The notes under the pieces were generated by a model. That model was not told the origin of the DNA and did not search any database. It worked only from the letters and a program-made list of their open reading frames with translations. A stretch of 64,000 nucleotides of DNA from Blepharisma stoltei ATCC 30299 (taxonomy: Eukaryota; Protista; Ciliophora). The position numbers and the translations under genes were made by a program. The stretch's first letter is position 1. Each line of letters begins with the position of its first letter. The stretch covers positions 744,001-808,000 of the forward strand of contig CBFDEM010000053.1 in the NCBI GenBank assembly GCA_965603825.1, given 5' to 3'. Below are positions 13,204 to 25,224 of the stretch, in pieces.

Positions 13204-14166
13204 TTAAAAATATTCTTTATTAGCCGCCTCTTTAAAGCATTTTATAGCTTCTTCTCTTCTGCCTAGCCTCTTAAAAGCAAATCCTTTGTTCTTATAATAA
13301 TCTGCACAGTTTGGATCAATTCTAATTGCATTATCAAAATATTCTATAGCTTCTTCATATTTCATTTCATTATATAATATGCATCCTATGCCATTGCATG
13401 CCTCATGACTGTCTGGAAGAATTTGAATAGCTTCTTTGTATAGCTGCATAGCTTTTTCTATTTCTATTTGTGACAAATGAATGTGATTATGCCCGCGGGT
13501 TGTATTATAATATGGGTCTTTTGAATTGAATTCAAGAAGGCTGCACGCCCTCATTGCTTCTTTATATCTCATTCCATTGCAGAAAGTGTCTCCTTTGTCG
13601 CTAAATGCAATATCGCAACTTTCATCAATTTCATACTTTTTCAAAGTGAGCTGCTCAGCAGAGACTAAAATACGCAATTCTTCATTAAAATTCTTAATTG
13701 TTGTATTAATTTCGTTGCTAATTTCATAGAAAAACTCTGCATTATCTGATTTTTGTACAAATATTTTTGCTGCTTCCATAACAGCTTCATAGGAGATTAC
13801 AGCTGAATTCTCTAATTTTTTTACTTTGCTAACCTCTTCAAAATAGTTCTTAATTTTTGCTGCATCAGAGTCTAGTTCTTTTAGAAGACTACCAAAGGCA
13901 TTTTCTAGACTTCAAAGACTTTTACTAAATAAGGCAATTATTTTGGCTTTTAATTTGTCAACTTTGAATTTTTCTTCTGCAAGAAATCCAAGTAGTGCTT
14001 CTGTCGTTTCTGCAAAGGGTTGGAAAATGAGTGAAATATAAGGATGAGGCTTATTAATAGATTTACGAAGCTTTTCTAAGTGCTTTTTGCAAGAATAAAC
14101 CTCAGGAGAAGTGCATCGACATAAAAAGTTAACTTCACGCTTACATCTTGGAATAAAACATCTCAT
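13204..14166 (-). CDS. TPR-repeat protein with N-terminal Cys/His zinc-binding module and helical linker, ~320 aa
   Basis: ORFs 13912-14244 and 13204-13779 are joined via TGA. Likely ATG at 14164-14166 (MRCFIPRCKREVNFLCRCTSPEVYSCKKH). C-terminal TPRs include YEEAIEYFDNAIRIDP and YYKNKGFAFKRLGRREEAIKCF. Confidence 0.82.
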
Positions 14167-14574
14167 GATGCTTATTATGCAAATTTTAGTTTCTATATAA
14201 AAATTTCTTAGTATTACATTAGAGTATAATAAATAGCAATGCAATCAAATTGGAACCCAACGAACTCCAAAATAGCTCGACTGATGACTGCTTTTATCTC
14301 ATGCGCCAGTTTATGATAAAATTAAGCAATTTCAGTTCCCACTATTGATATTTTATTGCAAGCAAAAAAATTAAGGCATAATTATGTAAATATGCAATAG
14401 CATTAAGCATATGACATGATCTCGTAGCAAAAATTCAAATAACCCATATTGCAGTAAAATGTTTACACGAGATGGAATGCCAGTTGCCCTAATTTTTGCA
14501 GTTCTTCTGGCTTTATCTTTAATTGAATTAAAGATGGTACTAATGAACTAGCCAAACAATTACTGAGCTAATTG

Positions 14575-17555
14575 CTACTGAAAAATTAAAGGATTTTCAA
14601 TCGCTCCTCTATCATCTCTTATATATTTTTACATTTAATCATAAATCTCTCTGGATTTTGGTCTTCAACCTAACCTTTTAAGCAGTATTCTCTGTAATAA
14701 TCAAGTGAACCAAGGAAGATGGATCGCCTCAACTGTCTATTGACTCTAGTCTGTACATTTGCAGACAGACAAATCCTAAGAGAAAACATCAGAGCTTTCG
14801 ATCTATTTCATCTCTAATTCTAAGCTTCTCAAGAGATAAATAGCCAGATCTATCTTTAAGAAGCTGCAATATATGGTTAGGAAACTTTTAGCAGCTTTCT
14901 ATTTTATATTTTAGTAAAGCCATTTATTTTAAAATTGCCATGTTTGCTCAATAAAATAAGATGCGGCTTTATATTTTCATGATCGTATGGTTTATCTTCC
15001 AAAGCAAAAAATCCTTGCAAGAGTCACTCAAAGATAGATTTTAATTTTTTTGATTATACAATTTTTTTCTCTTCTTAAGCTCTCCTTATTATATCAGTCA
15101 TTAAGCTCGCCTTATACAATTGAATAATAAGAGATAAGAAGAAAAGCTAATAATATTCATTGTATTGTCATTCTAAATCATAATGTATCACTGTAGGCAT
15201 ATTATAAAAATATATTTAAGATAAAAATCATATGGTAATGATTTCCTCGAAAGAAAATGCGATAGGCATGTTATGTTTTATATTTTAGCTTCTTCGAAAA
15301 ATGAAATAATTTTTCATACTCTTTATTTTTAAATGTCCTTACCAGCACATCTTTATTTTTATAATTTCCTTTTTTAAATATACTTGATAGTCATTTTCTT
15401 CTATTTTTCATGGTCAGCATTCCTTTTTGGGTTTGACTTATTTTTAATTATAATTTAATTGATCTATACAATAAATTCGAAATATTTTATTTCTAAAGAT
15501 TTTGGACTTTGTTTTTTCTGTTTCAATATGGCTTGAATCTACTTTCTTTAAGTTCTGAACACTCGGCTTGTAAAACTTCCTGCTTATCCTCTATTATATT
15601 CCCTTACTTAATCAAAATCATTATTATGATGATACTACTTAAAGCATCTTAAACAAATAAATATCATTTTTATCAAACCCTTGGCTATTCTCGAGCTCTG
15701 GTGCATAATATCAATCCTCCCAATATGTTTTACTTTTATTATTTGCATCAGAAGGAATACTTACCAGATTCATTCCTAAGTTGTAGAATCCTATGATTTT
15801 CAGATTATGCTTGCTGGTGACTAATATATTATGAGGTCTTATGTAAAAATGAGGAATATTAAGTTGCTCCAAATAATGAAAGGCTCCCAAAAGATCTTTA
15901 ACGATTTTGAAAAAATAATTGTGAGTATATTTTTCTTTGTGTTTTGAATGAAGCATTATGTCTTCTATGAGAGTTATTTTAAAATTTTCTGTCAGAATAG
16001 CATAGACATTTTGAATTTGATTGTCGATTTGCCATTTATCAATAAATCATCCATAATATTTTAAATAGCATGGGTGCTTCTCTGAGAGATATTTTGTTAG
16101 CTTTTTTTCTTTATCAAAAATTCCTATGAGTTCAGGTGATGAAAACAAAAAGTATTTTATGCAAACTTTTGTAGAATTATTTAAAAGGCCTCTGCGGATG
16201 TAAACTTCTAAGTTTTTCCCTATATATTTAAAAGGTAAATAAACAATTTGGCTAATGCTTGTGGGATCTAAAGGCATGTCTTGATCAATTTTATAAGCAT
16301 ATTCAATTTTTCTAGGCTCTAAACCTCTCTTTAATGCTCTTTTTTGGCTGCCTTCGACTAAGCTGAGTATTTCTAATAAAGTTTGCTTTTCTTTCGTTAT
16401 ATCAATATTGGCACTTTTAATGTTTTCAATTACATTCATTATACCTAAAAGCTCATTTATATTTTCTTTATAGTCCTTATAAAATTCTGGTCTATCAACT
16501 CTCCTATCATTTTCTACTTGCTTTGTTGAGAATTTTAGTGCTAGTTTTATTAAATCATTGGATAAATCAAATTTATTTGGTTATAGAGAAATTAGCTTCT
16601 CTAATTTTCTATCACTCATAAAAATTTTTTAATTGCAGCTTTGCTTTCCTTAGATAACTTATGCACAGCAGCAGCGTTTAACTTCTTGTCCCATAAAGCT
16701 AGAGATTGCTCCTAGTGCAGCAAAGAGGCTCATGGTTATCTACTATGCACATCCAGAAAGGTGACTCTTCGGCCGAGCACGCGTAGAAGCAGATCTGACA
16801 AAAGCAATGGCAAACTCGTCGGTGAGACATGCAGTCGAACTGGTGGCTCATCACATTATAATGCTTACTCATATGATGCGCCTTTTAAATAATATGATTT
16901 CCCATAAAGTCACTAGTTGGTAGACCAAATCCCTTTTTTTGGGAGAGGCACTATGCATTAAATACCTCATTAAATTTGTAACTTGCATCAAATCATTGAC
17001 ATCAATCTGATCAGCAATTTCTGATCGCATCAAGAATTCTAATATGCTTCTTGGGTTATTTTTAATGCCTTCTTTACACAAAAAATAAACCCGACTTTCT
17101 ATCAATTTTATAAGCAAGAAAGCTTTTTCCTTTCCAATTTCAGCTTTGACTTTAGTTATTATTTCTAATCATTTTGAAATATTTTCTAATGAAATCGAGC
17201 TTTCAATCCCTTTCTCTATTTTCTCATATAAATTTCTCATCATTTCTGGAAATTCAGAATTAAAGTTGTCCTTAAGATAGCAGTGAATTGCGCTCCTAAC
17301 AAAGTTATAGTCTTCAGGAGTAAAAGGTTCAGATTCCAGTACTAGAATTATCCTTCAAACTTCATATAATAGTTTTGTCAAGCACAGTAGATTTTTATTA
17401 TCTCTAAAAGCATTACTTGCACATTCCCACCATTCTTTAAGTTTTCCTAAATCTCAGCCTTTAAAATCGGGGAGAACATATTGTGCATCAATTTGATATT
17501 TCTCTATCTCTTTTAATAAGCACTGAACGATATATTGGAATGCTTGCATCTTCAT
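14575..17555 (-). pseudogene. Pseudogenised paralog of the adjacent tandem-pseudokinase gene
   Basis: Collinear with 17888-20530; for example, the DNA at 14575-14660 matches 17888-17975 and HFYIRPHNI corresponds to HYDIRPQNI. The N-terminus is intact from ATG 17553-17555. It is interrupted by an insertion at 16561-16998, then by an in-frame TAA after YAPELENSQG and several stops/frameshifts below ~15640. Confidence 0.85.
16552..16998. mobile_element. 429-bp insertion flanked by 9-bp direct repeats AAATCATTG (putative target-site duplication; MITE-like)
   Basis: AAATCATTG occurs at 16552-16560 and 16990-16998. The intact paralog has a single copy (~19968-19976). Deleting 438 nt restores the frame: IDVNDL|IKLALK versus paralog VDINDLVEFSMK. 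Confidence 0.75.
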
Positions 17556-17887
17556 ATTTATTGTATTTTATAAATAAAGACTCGTAATAAAATATATTTT
17601 TGCTTTGGACAAATATTGCGAATATTATGATGCGATTTTTATTTTTCTGGATTTAAAAGTAATTAGATTAATACCCGCAAGTTTATATAAACTGATAGAT
17701 TTTAGCATTCTAGGATAAATAAATCAACAAAAATTTTATTAGCCTACCTTGTCTGAAATATTGCTAAATCTATAAGCTTAAATATTCAAATTAAAAACAA
17801 TCTTTAATAATCGTAATCCTAACTAGATTTAGCAAGCAGTAAATTAAAATATGAAAACACTCACTGCTTCAACAATTATAGTTATTA

Positions 17888-20530
17888 CTACCGAAAAACT
17901 AAAGGATTTTCAATCGTTCCTCCATCATCTCTTATATATTTTTGCATTTTATCATAAATCTCCCTGAATTTTGGTCTCCAAACCGACCTTTTAAGCAGCA
18001 TTTTCTGGAGTAATCGAGCTACCCAAGTAGGATAAATCTTCTGCAAGGTTGGAAAATCTCTGTCATTATCTCAACTGCTTATCGCCTCTAGTTTGTACAT
18101 TTGCAGAAACACCAGTCCTAAAGAGAAAACATCAGAGCTTTCTATGTCATACGAGATTTTTTCTTCTCTACTTCTAAGCTTTTCAGGAGATAAATAGCCA
18201 GAGCTATCTTGAAGAAGCTGCAATGTAGGGCTAGGAAACATGCAGAAGCTTTCTATTTTATATTTTGGGGTTAAAAATCCACTTATTTTAATATGATTAT
18301 GTTTGTTCAATAAAATAAGATGCGGTTTTATATTGTCATGGTCATATTGTTTATCTTTCAAAGCAATAAATCCTTGTAAAAGTCACTCGAAGATAGGTTT
18401 TAATTCTTCTTGGTTGTAGTAATTTTTTTCTTCTGCTTGAGCCCTAGCTGTTATGTCGGTCATTAAACTTCTTTCACACAGCTCTGTAATAAGAGATAGA
18501 GAGCAAAGTAATTTGGTTTGATTATAATGTCAATAGCATCCATAATATTTTATAAATACTGGGTTGTCATCAAGTTTTTCCAATATTTCAGCTTCTTCAA
18601 GAAATGGGAACAACTGTTCTGGCTTATTGCTTTTAAAAGTGCGAATAAGTACAAATTCATTTTCATATACTCCTTTTTTAAATATCATCATTGTGCCATT
18701 TTCTAATGTTTTAGAAGACCACTGACTTTTTGGGTTTGGCTTTAAACCACTTGGCTCTATTCTTTTTCGTCTTTCGAGGATTTTGTTTATTTGCTCTAGG
18801 TTGGCCCGATGACTTTTTAAATTTTCCTCTTGGTCTTCTTTACTTTCTTCTTTTGGTGATAGAAGCTCCAAACTTTCACAAAAAGTCGCTCTTTTATTTT
18901 TATTTATATTTAGCATCCTTCTCAATAGTTCTGATACCAGTTTTGGCTTAAAGGTTGAGACATAATCATCAATCTCTCCATGAAATTCAGGAGTGTTTAA
19001 CTCAGCTATCTTGTATAAAGAATACATTTGCAAAAATACAAGCCCCAAAGAAAAAGCCCCAGCTTTCATTACAGAAGAGATCTCATTTATATTAAATTCT
19101 TTATTATTGTAAAGCTCTGGTGCTAAGTATGAGTCTCTCAACATCTCTTGGCTACCTTCCACTGCTGATTCAGAAATGCTTACAAGATTAATTCCTTGGA
19201 AATTGAATCCAAAAATTTTCAACTTATTGCTTTTGGTTATAAATATATTTTGAGGCCTTATGTCATAATGTGGGATATTTGATTTTTCTAAATAGTCAAA
19301 TGCGTGCAAAAGATCTTTGGCAGCATCCAGAAATCAACGCTGATTATACTTGGCTTGAAATTTTGAACAACTCATTATATTTTCAATTAAAGTTGAATTA
19401 AAATATCCAGTAACCAAAGCATATACATTAAAATATTGGTCGTTTATTGATCATATACAATTAAACCACCCATGATATTTTAAAAAGCATTTATGTTTTC
19501 CTGATAGATGCTTTATTAACTTCTTTTCTCTATTGAATATCTGATAATGCTCATTTGAGCTGACATAAAAATAAAAGATGCAAACCTTTTTTGAATCATC
19601 TAAAATGCCTTGATGCATAAATATTTCTAAGTAGCTTTTTATATATTTGAAAGGTAAAAATATCTCTTCTCTAATCCTTGCTCGGTCTATAGGCAAATCT
19701 TGGTCATTTTCAACTTTAAAGCTTGTTTTTATTTCTTTAAATTCTGGGCTTATTGATGTAGCTTTTTTTTCAAGATATCTTAGCATTCTCCATAATGTTT
19801 TCCTTGCTTTAGATATATCATATTTAATATTTTTGTTTGCTTGAATTATTTCTATTGTTTGCAAAAGCTCTCCTATACTTCTTTTTAGATTTTCAACAAA
19901 TTCTGATTTGCAAGAGTATCATTCGTTTTGAACTTGCTCAAGACAAGTCTTCATTGAAAATTCTACCAAATCATTGATGTCAACTATATCTACAATTTTT
20001 AATTGCGCTAAAGCTAGCAAAGTGCTTCTTGGATTGCTCTTTGCTCTTTCTCTGTATATAGAATCCAATCGACTTTTAACTAATTGCTTAAAATATTCAG
20101 CTTTTTCATTGCCTATTTTTTTTTGGAACTGATCTGCTTTTGTTCATCATTCTATCATAATTTCTGCTGATCCCGAGCTCTGAATCGCTTGCTCTATTTT
20201 TGGATGAAATTCAATAATGATTAAATTTTTAAAATCTGCACGAAATTGCCTTGATAGTTGATCAATAGCGTCTAAAGCTAACTCAAAGATTTTTGGTGTC
20301 AAGAGTTCTCTATCGATAATTAGATCTATTTTTGATACTGTATAAAAGTCTCTTGCTAAGCCCAGTAATTTTTTATTTTCTCAAAAAATATCTTCAGCCT
20401 TTATCAATCATTTTTCAAGCTCTTGGAGGCTTCAGGTGTCAATTGCTGGAAGAATAGAATTAGTATCAATTCTATCCTTTTCCATCTCTTCCACTATTTT
20501 GCTAAATATTTGCTCAAGCACGGATCCCAT
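17888..20530 (-). CDS. Tandem (two-domain) pseudokinase with N-terminal helical domain, ~880 aa
   Basis: ATG at 20528-20530. ORFs with upstream ends 19864, 19309 and 18361 are in one frame joined by TGA, and the TAG stop is at 17888. Domain 1: HYDIRPQNI, LKIFGF, YLAPE, AFSLG. Domain 2: HDNIKPHLI, IKISGF, YLSPE, SDVFSLG. Confidence 0.85.
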
Positions 20531-21198
20531 AATAATTGAATTCTATAAATATTTTATTTTTATTAAATTTTACTCTGATTTTGGATTAGTGATAGGCTAG
20601 AGAAGATAATTCAACTTATTATGCTCTATGCACTATTTTAGCTCTATAGGCTGATTTCAGCATATAATATGTGACTTCTATTTTTTTGTAATAGAAGAAA
20701 ATAGGCCGGACCAATTCATCTGAAAAAAGCTGTTTGGCAATCAACCAAAAATTTCGCAGTATCAGAGAACGATCAGTCAGTATTGATTTCAAAAATCACA
20801 TATACTATTCTGAAACCAAGAGTTCTTAGATGAAGCAGATGAAATACTTGATGATGAAAAAGTGACTGATGGAAAGAATCCGGTATGAAGATCAGGAAGA
20901 TGAAGAATGAATTAGAAAAATAGACTCATATATAGTAATAAAAACTGTGATATTCTAATAAAGATAAAATATTAATGATAATGCCGCATATTAATAGAAT
21001 CAAAGAAAATATTCTATGAATTCTTAATTCTATAAAATTTAATTGAAAATTACAGAAAATTTCTTTTGACATACTAAAATGTTTCTACTCACGAAGGGGA
21101 TTCAGAAATAAAATTTATTTTCCATGATTATTTACAATTGAGCACCGTAATATTTGATAATTTATCAACTATTAATCCTCTCAGCGAAAATTTAATTC

Positions 21199-24100
21199 TT
21201 AGTCAAGCCTTATTTCCTCCAAAATTTCTCTTTTCGACGTCGAATCTTTCTCAACAGCATCCCCAAATTCACTTTTATCCAGAGAAATCACATTAATTTG
21301 TGGCTCTTTAAGCTTATAAATTCCTCCCTTTACGAAATGCAAACTTTTTCTCCCAATATCATCTACGTTTACAGCGGATGATAGCATAAATCTAAAAAGC
21401 ATTGCAATATTAGGAGGTGGCGGCCTTATTAATAGCGCAGGGAATTTTTTAGCATGCAAAAAAACCCCACAACTAATTATAATACCCCATCCGATTACTT
21501 TTACTATCATAAATCCAATGTCTCATCCATCTACTATAAATGAAAGACTTGTTTGCAGCATTGATCAAGATACACAACAGAGGGCTATAACGTGCCACAT
21601 GCTCATTCGTTCATAATTAAATGGCGGTTTTTTGATTAGATAGACGGTAAACAGGATTAATGAACACAAATATACAAAACCTTGACTGATAGGATCATGA
21701 AGGGAAGCTACTTTGTTTAGTGTGACAAAAAGGACTTGTGCTGCGCTCTTGACAATTAAATACTCTGGCTGAGGTCGGAGATTTTGATTGCGCTCGTCTT
21801 GAAGATTAGTTCAAAGTGGCCGATATATAACAGATACTGGAACGCATAGCATTAGTGCGAAGGTACAAACTATACCATATGCTAGATGGGTGCCTTTTCA
21901 GCAGAACTCGTTACAGTTGATGTCCATATAGCTTTGGCTAAGGTCATCACCGATTGATTTTGAGCACTTAGAAACAGTAATCAAAGTATTTATAATCGGC
22001 ATGAAAAGCATATTTCCTAATAAAGGCATTAAATAGTCTTTTAATTCATAAAGCCATCTAAGGAAAAAAATATGTTGAATCAGCGTCTCATTATTTGACA
22101 CTGCAATCACACACATAAGAAGCCAAAAGCAAGCTATCCCTAATACAACATTAAGAACCAGCCAATATACTTTACTTTTAATATCAAAAAAATTAGCGAT
22201 ATCAGCATTGCACATGCTGCTTAAATACTCCGTAACAGGATCATATTCAAATTTCGGGCCTATATCAATATACTGAAAAGTCTCCACAATCAGTGTCATC
22301 ATAATTACAGTATCTGTAAACTGTATCTCTTTTGCCTCCGTTAACTTCGGGTAAGGCATAATTAAATTATGCTTTCTTATATACAAAACAATTAAAACTG
22401 ATACTAGAGATAATAAAGAACAAATTGTTGTAAAAACAGCAATCCCTTTAACAGAAGTGCTTGAGCTGGATTCATCAAATGGACATTCTGAGTCTATTTT
22501 TAAAGAATCTACAGGAAGAGTGTATGAAGGACCAGGCCAAATGATTTTCTGGGTGAGTTGGATAGGAACACTTGAAGTTGGAATATAATACCCTGGGACG
22601 CTTTCATCATAAACTCCTGTGATGTTTGTCGCATAAAAATTATTAATGCTTAAAATCATAAAACTTCTATCATTTGATGTCGAATCAATTGCAATAGTCC
22701 CAGAAACCCCAGTAAATCTTTGAAGCCTTATATTTTTCATTAGAACTGCATAGTCCTCATAGTCATCTCCTTTATTAATTGTAAAATCAAGCCCGTAAGC
22801 TGCAAGCAAAGTCTGATCAACATGTGTGGCTTTAAAATTTGGAGAATTTCCCCAGTATGCAGCCATGGCGTCTTTAATTTTCATACCGAAATCGCCTATA
22901 TACTCAACGGTACTGACACTTATAGACCCACATAGTAATTCTAATAATTTTGGGAGATATTTAGATTCATAATTCTGTATTATAGCTTGCCCACCAGTTT
23001 TTGAAGGCAAAACTATAACAATATTCCCCTTTCTTAGTCCTACATCATAGAGACCTTCTATTGACTCATAATTTGAATTTGCTGTCTGAAATGAAATAAA
23101 TATCCTTACAGCCGTATCTCTAATTTCTTGGAAAACATATTTATAGTCATCAAATTGGCTTCTTTCATAGTTTCCTGGGAGCATACGTTTTTCTTCATTA
23201 TTTGCTATTCTTATGCCTGCTTTTTGTGCCTCGCTTTCAAATGTCTGATACATTGCGATATTCGAGCTTAAATTTGCGTAAAGGACATTTACATTTTTTC
23301 ATCCGAAAATTTGACAAAGCTTCATGATGATAACAGCATTATAATTTCCACTTGGGGAAACTCTCACGAATTCTGGATAAGCAGTTTTATTGGAAAGTAA
23401 TGGACTTGTTGGGCCTGGAGCTATATGTGCTATAGAGATATTTCATTCTCTAAACAGAGAAATTAGACCTATTGCACTAGCTGCATAATCCGAGGTAAGA
23501 AAGGCTATGCCTAATTTTTCTTTTAAAGGGGAATAGCATTTCGCGTCAAGATCATGCAAAAAAACCATCGTTCCACAGCTATTCTCGACGAATTTTATAT
23601 TGAAATTTTCAAGGATAAGAGAGCTGTTATTTATTCAGTCCCGGGCATAAAAATTCCCTTGGACTTGGACAGGCTGATAAGCATTAAAGGTCCCATCAAG
23701 CTCATTGCCTGAAGTAGTCAAGGACATATAAAGCGACACTTTATTAGCTGTTGGCTTAGAAGTTGTGCCTCCTGGGTATAGTGGATCAGTAGAAACAGTA
23801 ATCGTGCTATTTTTAGCTGAGCCGACTATAATTTTGGACGAATTCACTATATTTACTAACGAAAAACTTGGAGATTTCCCATGGTTTAACCAATATGATT
23901 TCATAAATTGCTTTATGGAATCATTAGTCAAGCATGGTTGCCTATTGCTTGATAGAGAAGCAATGTATCCTAAAAACGAGCTTGTAAAGGATTTAATTGA
24001 GAGTGCTTCATATTCTTCGTAAGATTTAACATTCTCAAGGCCTTCCTCAACTAAATATAAAAGCCCATTTTGGATCCCTCCTCATATTCCTTTACTCCAT

Positions 24101-24765
24101 ATTAAAACTCCAGATCCAGTCTTTAATATTTTTTTATTTATCAATGAGTGAATAATAAGATCAATGTAGTCTCCGTCACAAAATATCATAAAAGTTTGTA
24201 GACCATGCGGCTTGAACAGTCTACCAGCAATGTCGTTCATTATATCGTTGTTGAAAGAATCTGTGATCAGAATTTCTAACTTTGCCTTGCTGCCAGCAAT
24301 TTCAGAAAATTTGTCAGCAAACCTTATGGAGTCTTTGGTGTTGCTAGCTATGACTGCAATTTCATTTCAACCTAAATAATTTAAAAATTGCTGTGTTACA
24401 ATTAATTGACTTTGTCAAGGTACATGTAAATAATATTGAAAAGCACCACTTGGCATCAAGTTTGAGTCCAAAAACAAATTTATAATTTCTTGTTCTTCTG
24501 TTATGGATAATAGGCGGTGGCTTAAAGTAAAATCGAAAGTAGCATCAATTACAACTGGAATATCTCCTTTGAAGTATAATAAAAAATTGGTTTGGTAGTT
24601 TGCTGGAATAAAAATTATTTCAAAAATACTGGAATTACCTATCATTTGAACTAAATTGGCTTGAAAGTATGAGATAAGGGATTCCGGAGTCTTTTCTCCA
24701 AAAATGACGAGGAGCTCGATAGATGCTAGGGCAGAAATTGTTAAAAGCAGGATATAAAGTGCCAT
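21199..24765 (-). CDS. Receptor-like protein with two Venus-flytrap (ANF-receptor/periplasmic-binding type 1) domains and a multi-TM C-terminus, ~1188 aa
   Basis: Signal peptide MALYILLLTISALA. Fragments are in one frame via TGA. Second VFT has the canonical SPLLSNKTAYPEFVRVSPS..FGWKNVNVLY and FTGVSGTIAID. First VFT is degenerate (FLNYLGWNEIAVI). Several hydrophobic helices lie from ~22440 downwards. Confidence 0.8.
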
Positions 24766-25224
24766 TTAATCGCTTAATAAATAACTGATTACTGAATTTA
24801 AAAACAATTTCTAAGCTTTTCTATTACCTCTTCATAAAATCAAATTTTGAATGAAAATCGTGATTATTTTCATGAAGCCAAAAAGGAATGGAGGAACTCA
24901 GAATTTTTAATAATTTTTTGCATAAATATAATAGCAATCAATATTTATAAATTCATTATTATGCCTTGGAATTTTATAAAAAATAAAATAAATATAAAGT
25001 TGATTATAATTACTTAAAAAAAAGTTAAGCATAAAGTTCTCCTTATAATTAGCCCTTTAACTTGATCTCTAGCCTTTCAGCTATTCATTGAATAAATTTA
25101 ATTTTGTTTGGTTTAATTTTAATTGAATATAATGATTTTAGGAAAATAAAATTTTTTAAATTATTTATTACGAATTTTATGACTTAACAAATAATAAAGT
25201 GCCTATTTCTATATTTCAATATAA

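Noticed and set aside
16655-16923. ~90-codon open frame (TGA=W), and a CSRTGGSSHYN knuckle-like string in another frame, inside the insertion
   Set aside because: No recognisable domain and the zinc ligands are incomplete, so this is insufficient to call a transposase remnant.
20820-20920. GAT/GAA-rich coding-looking patch
   Set aside because: Short, interrupted by stops, with no start or family motif.
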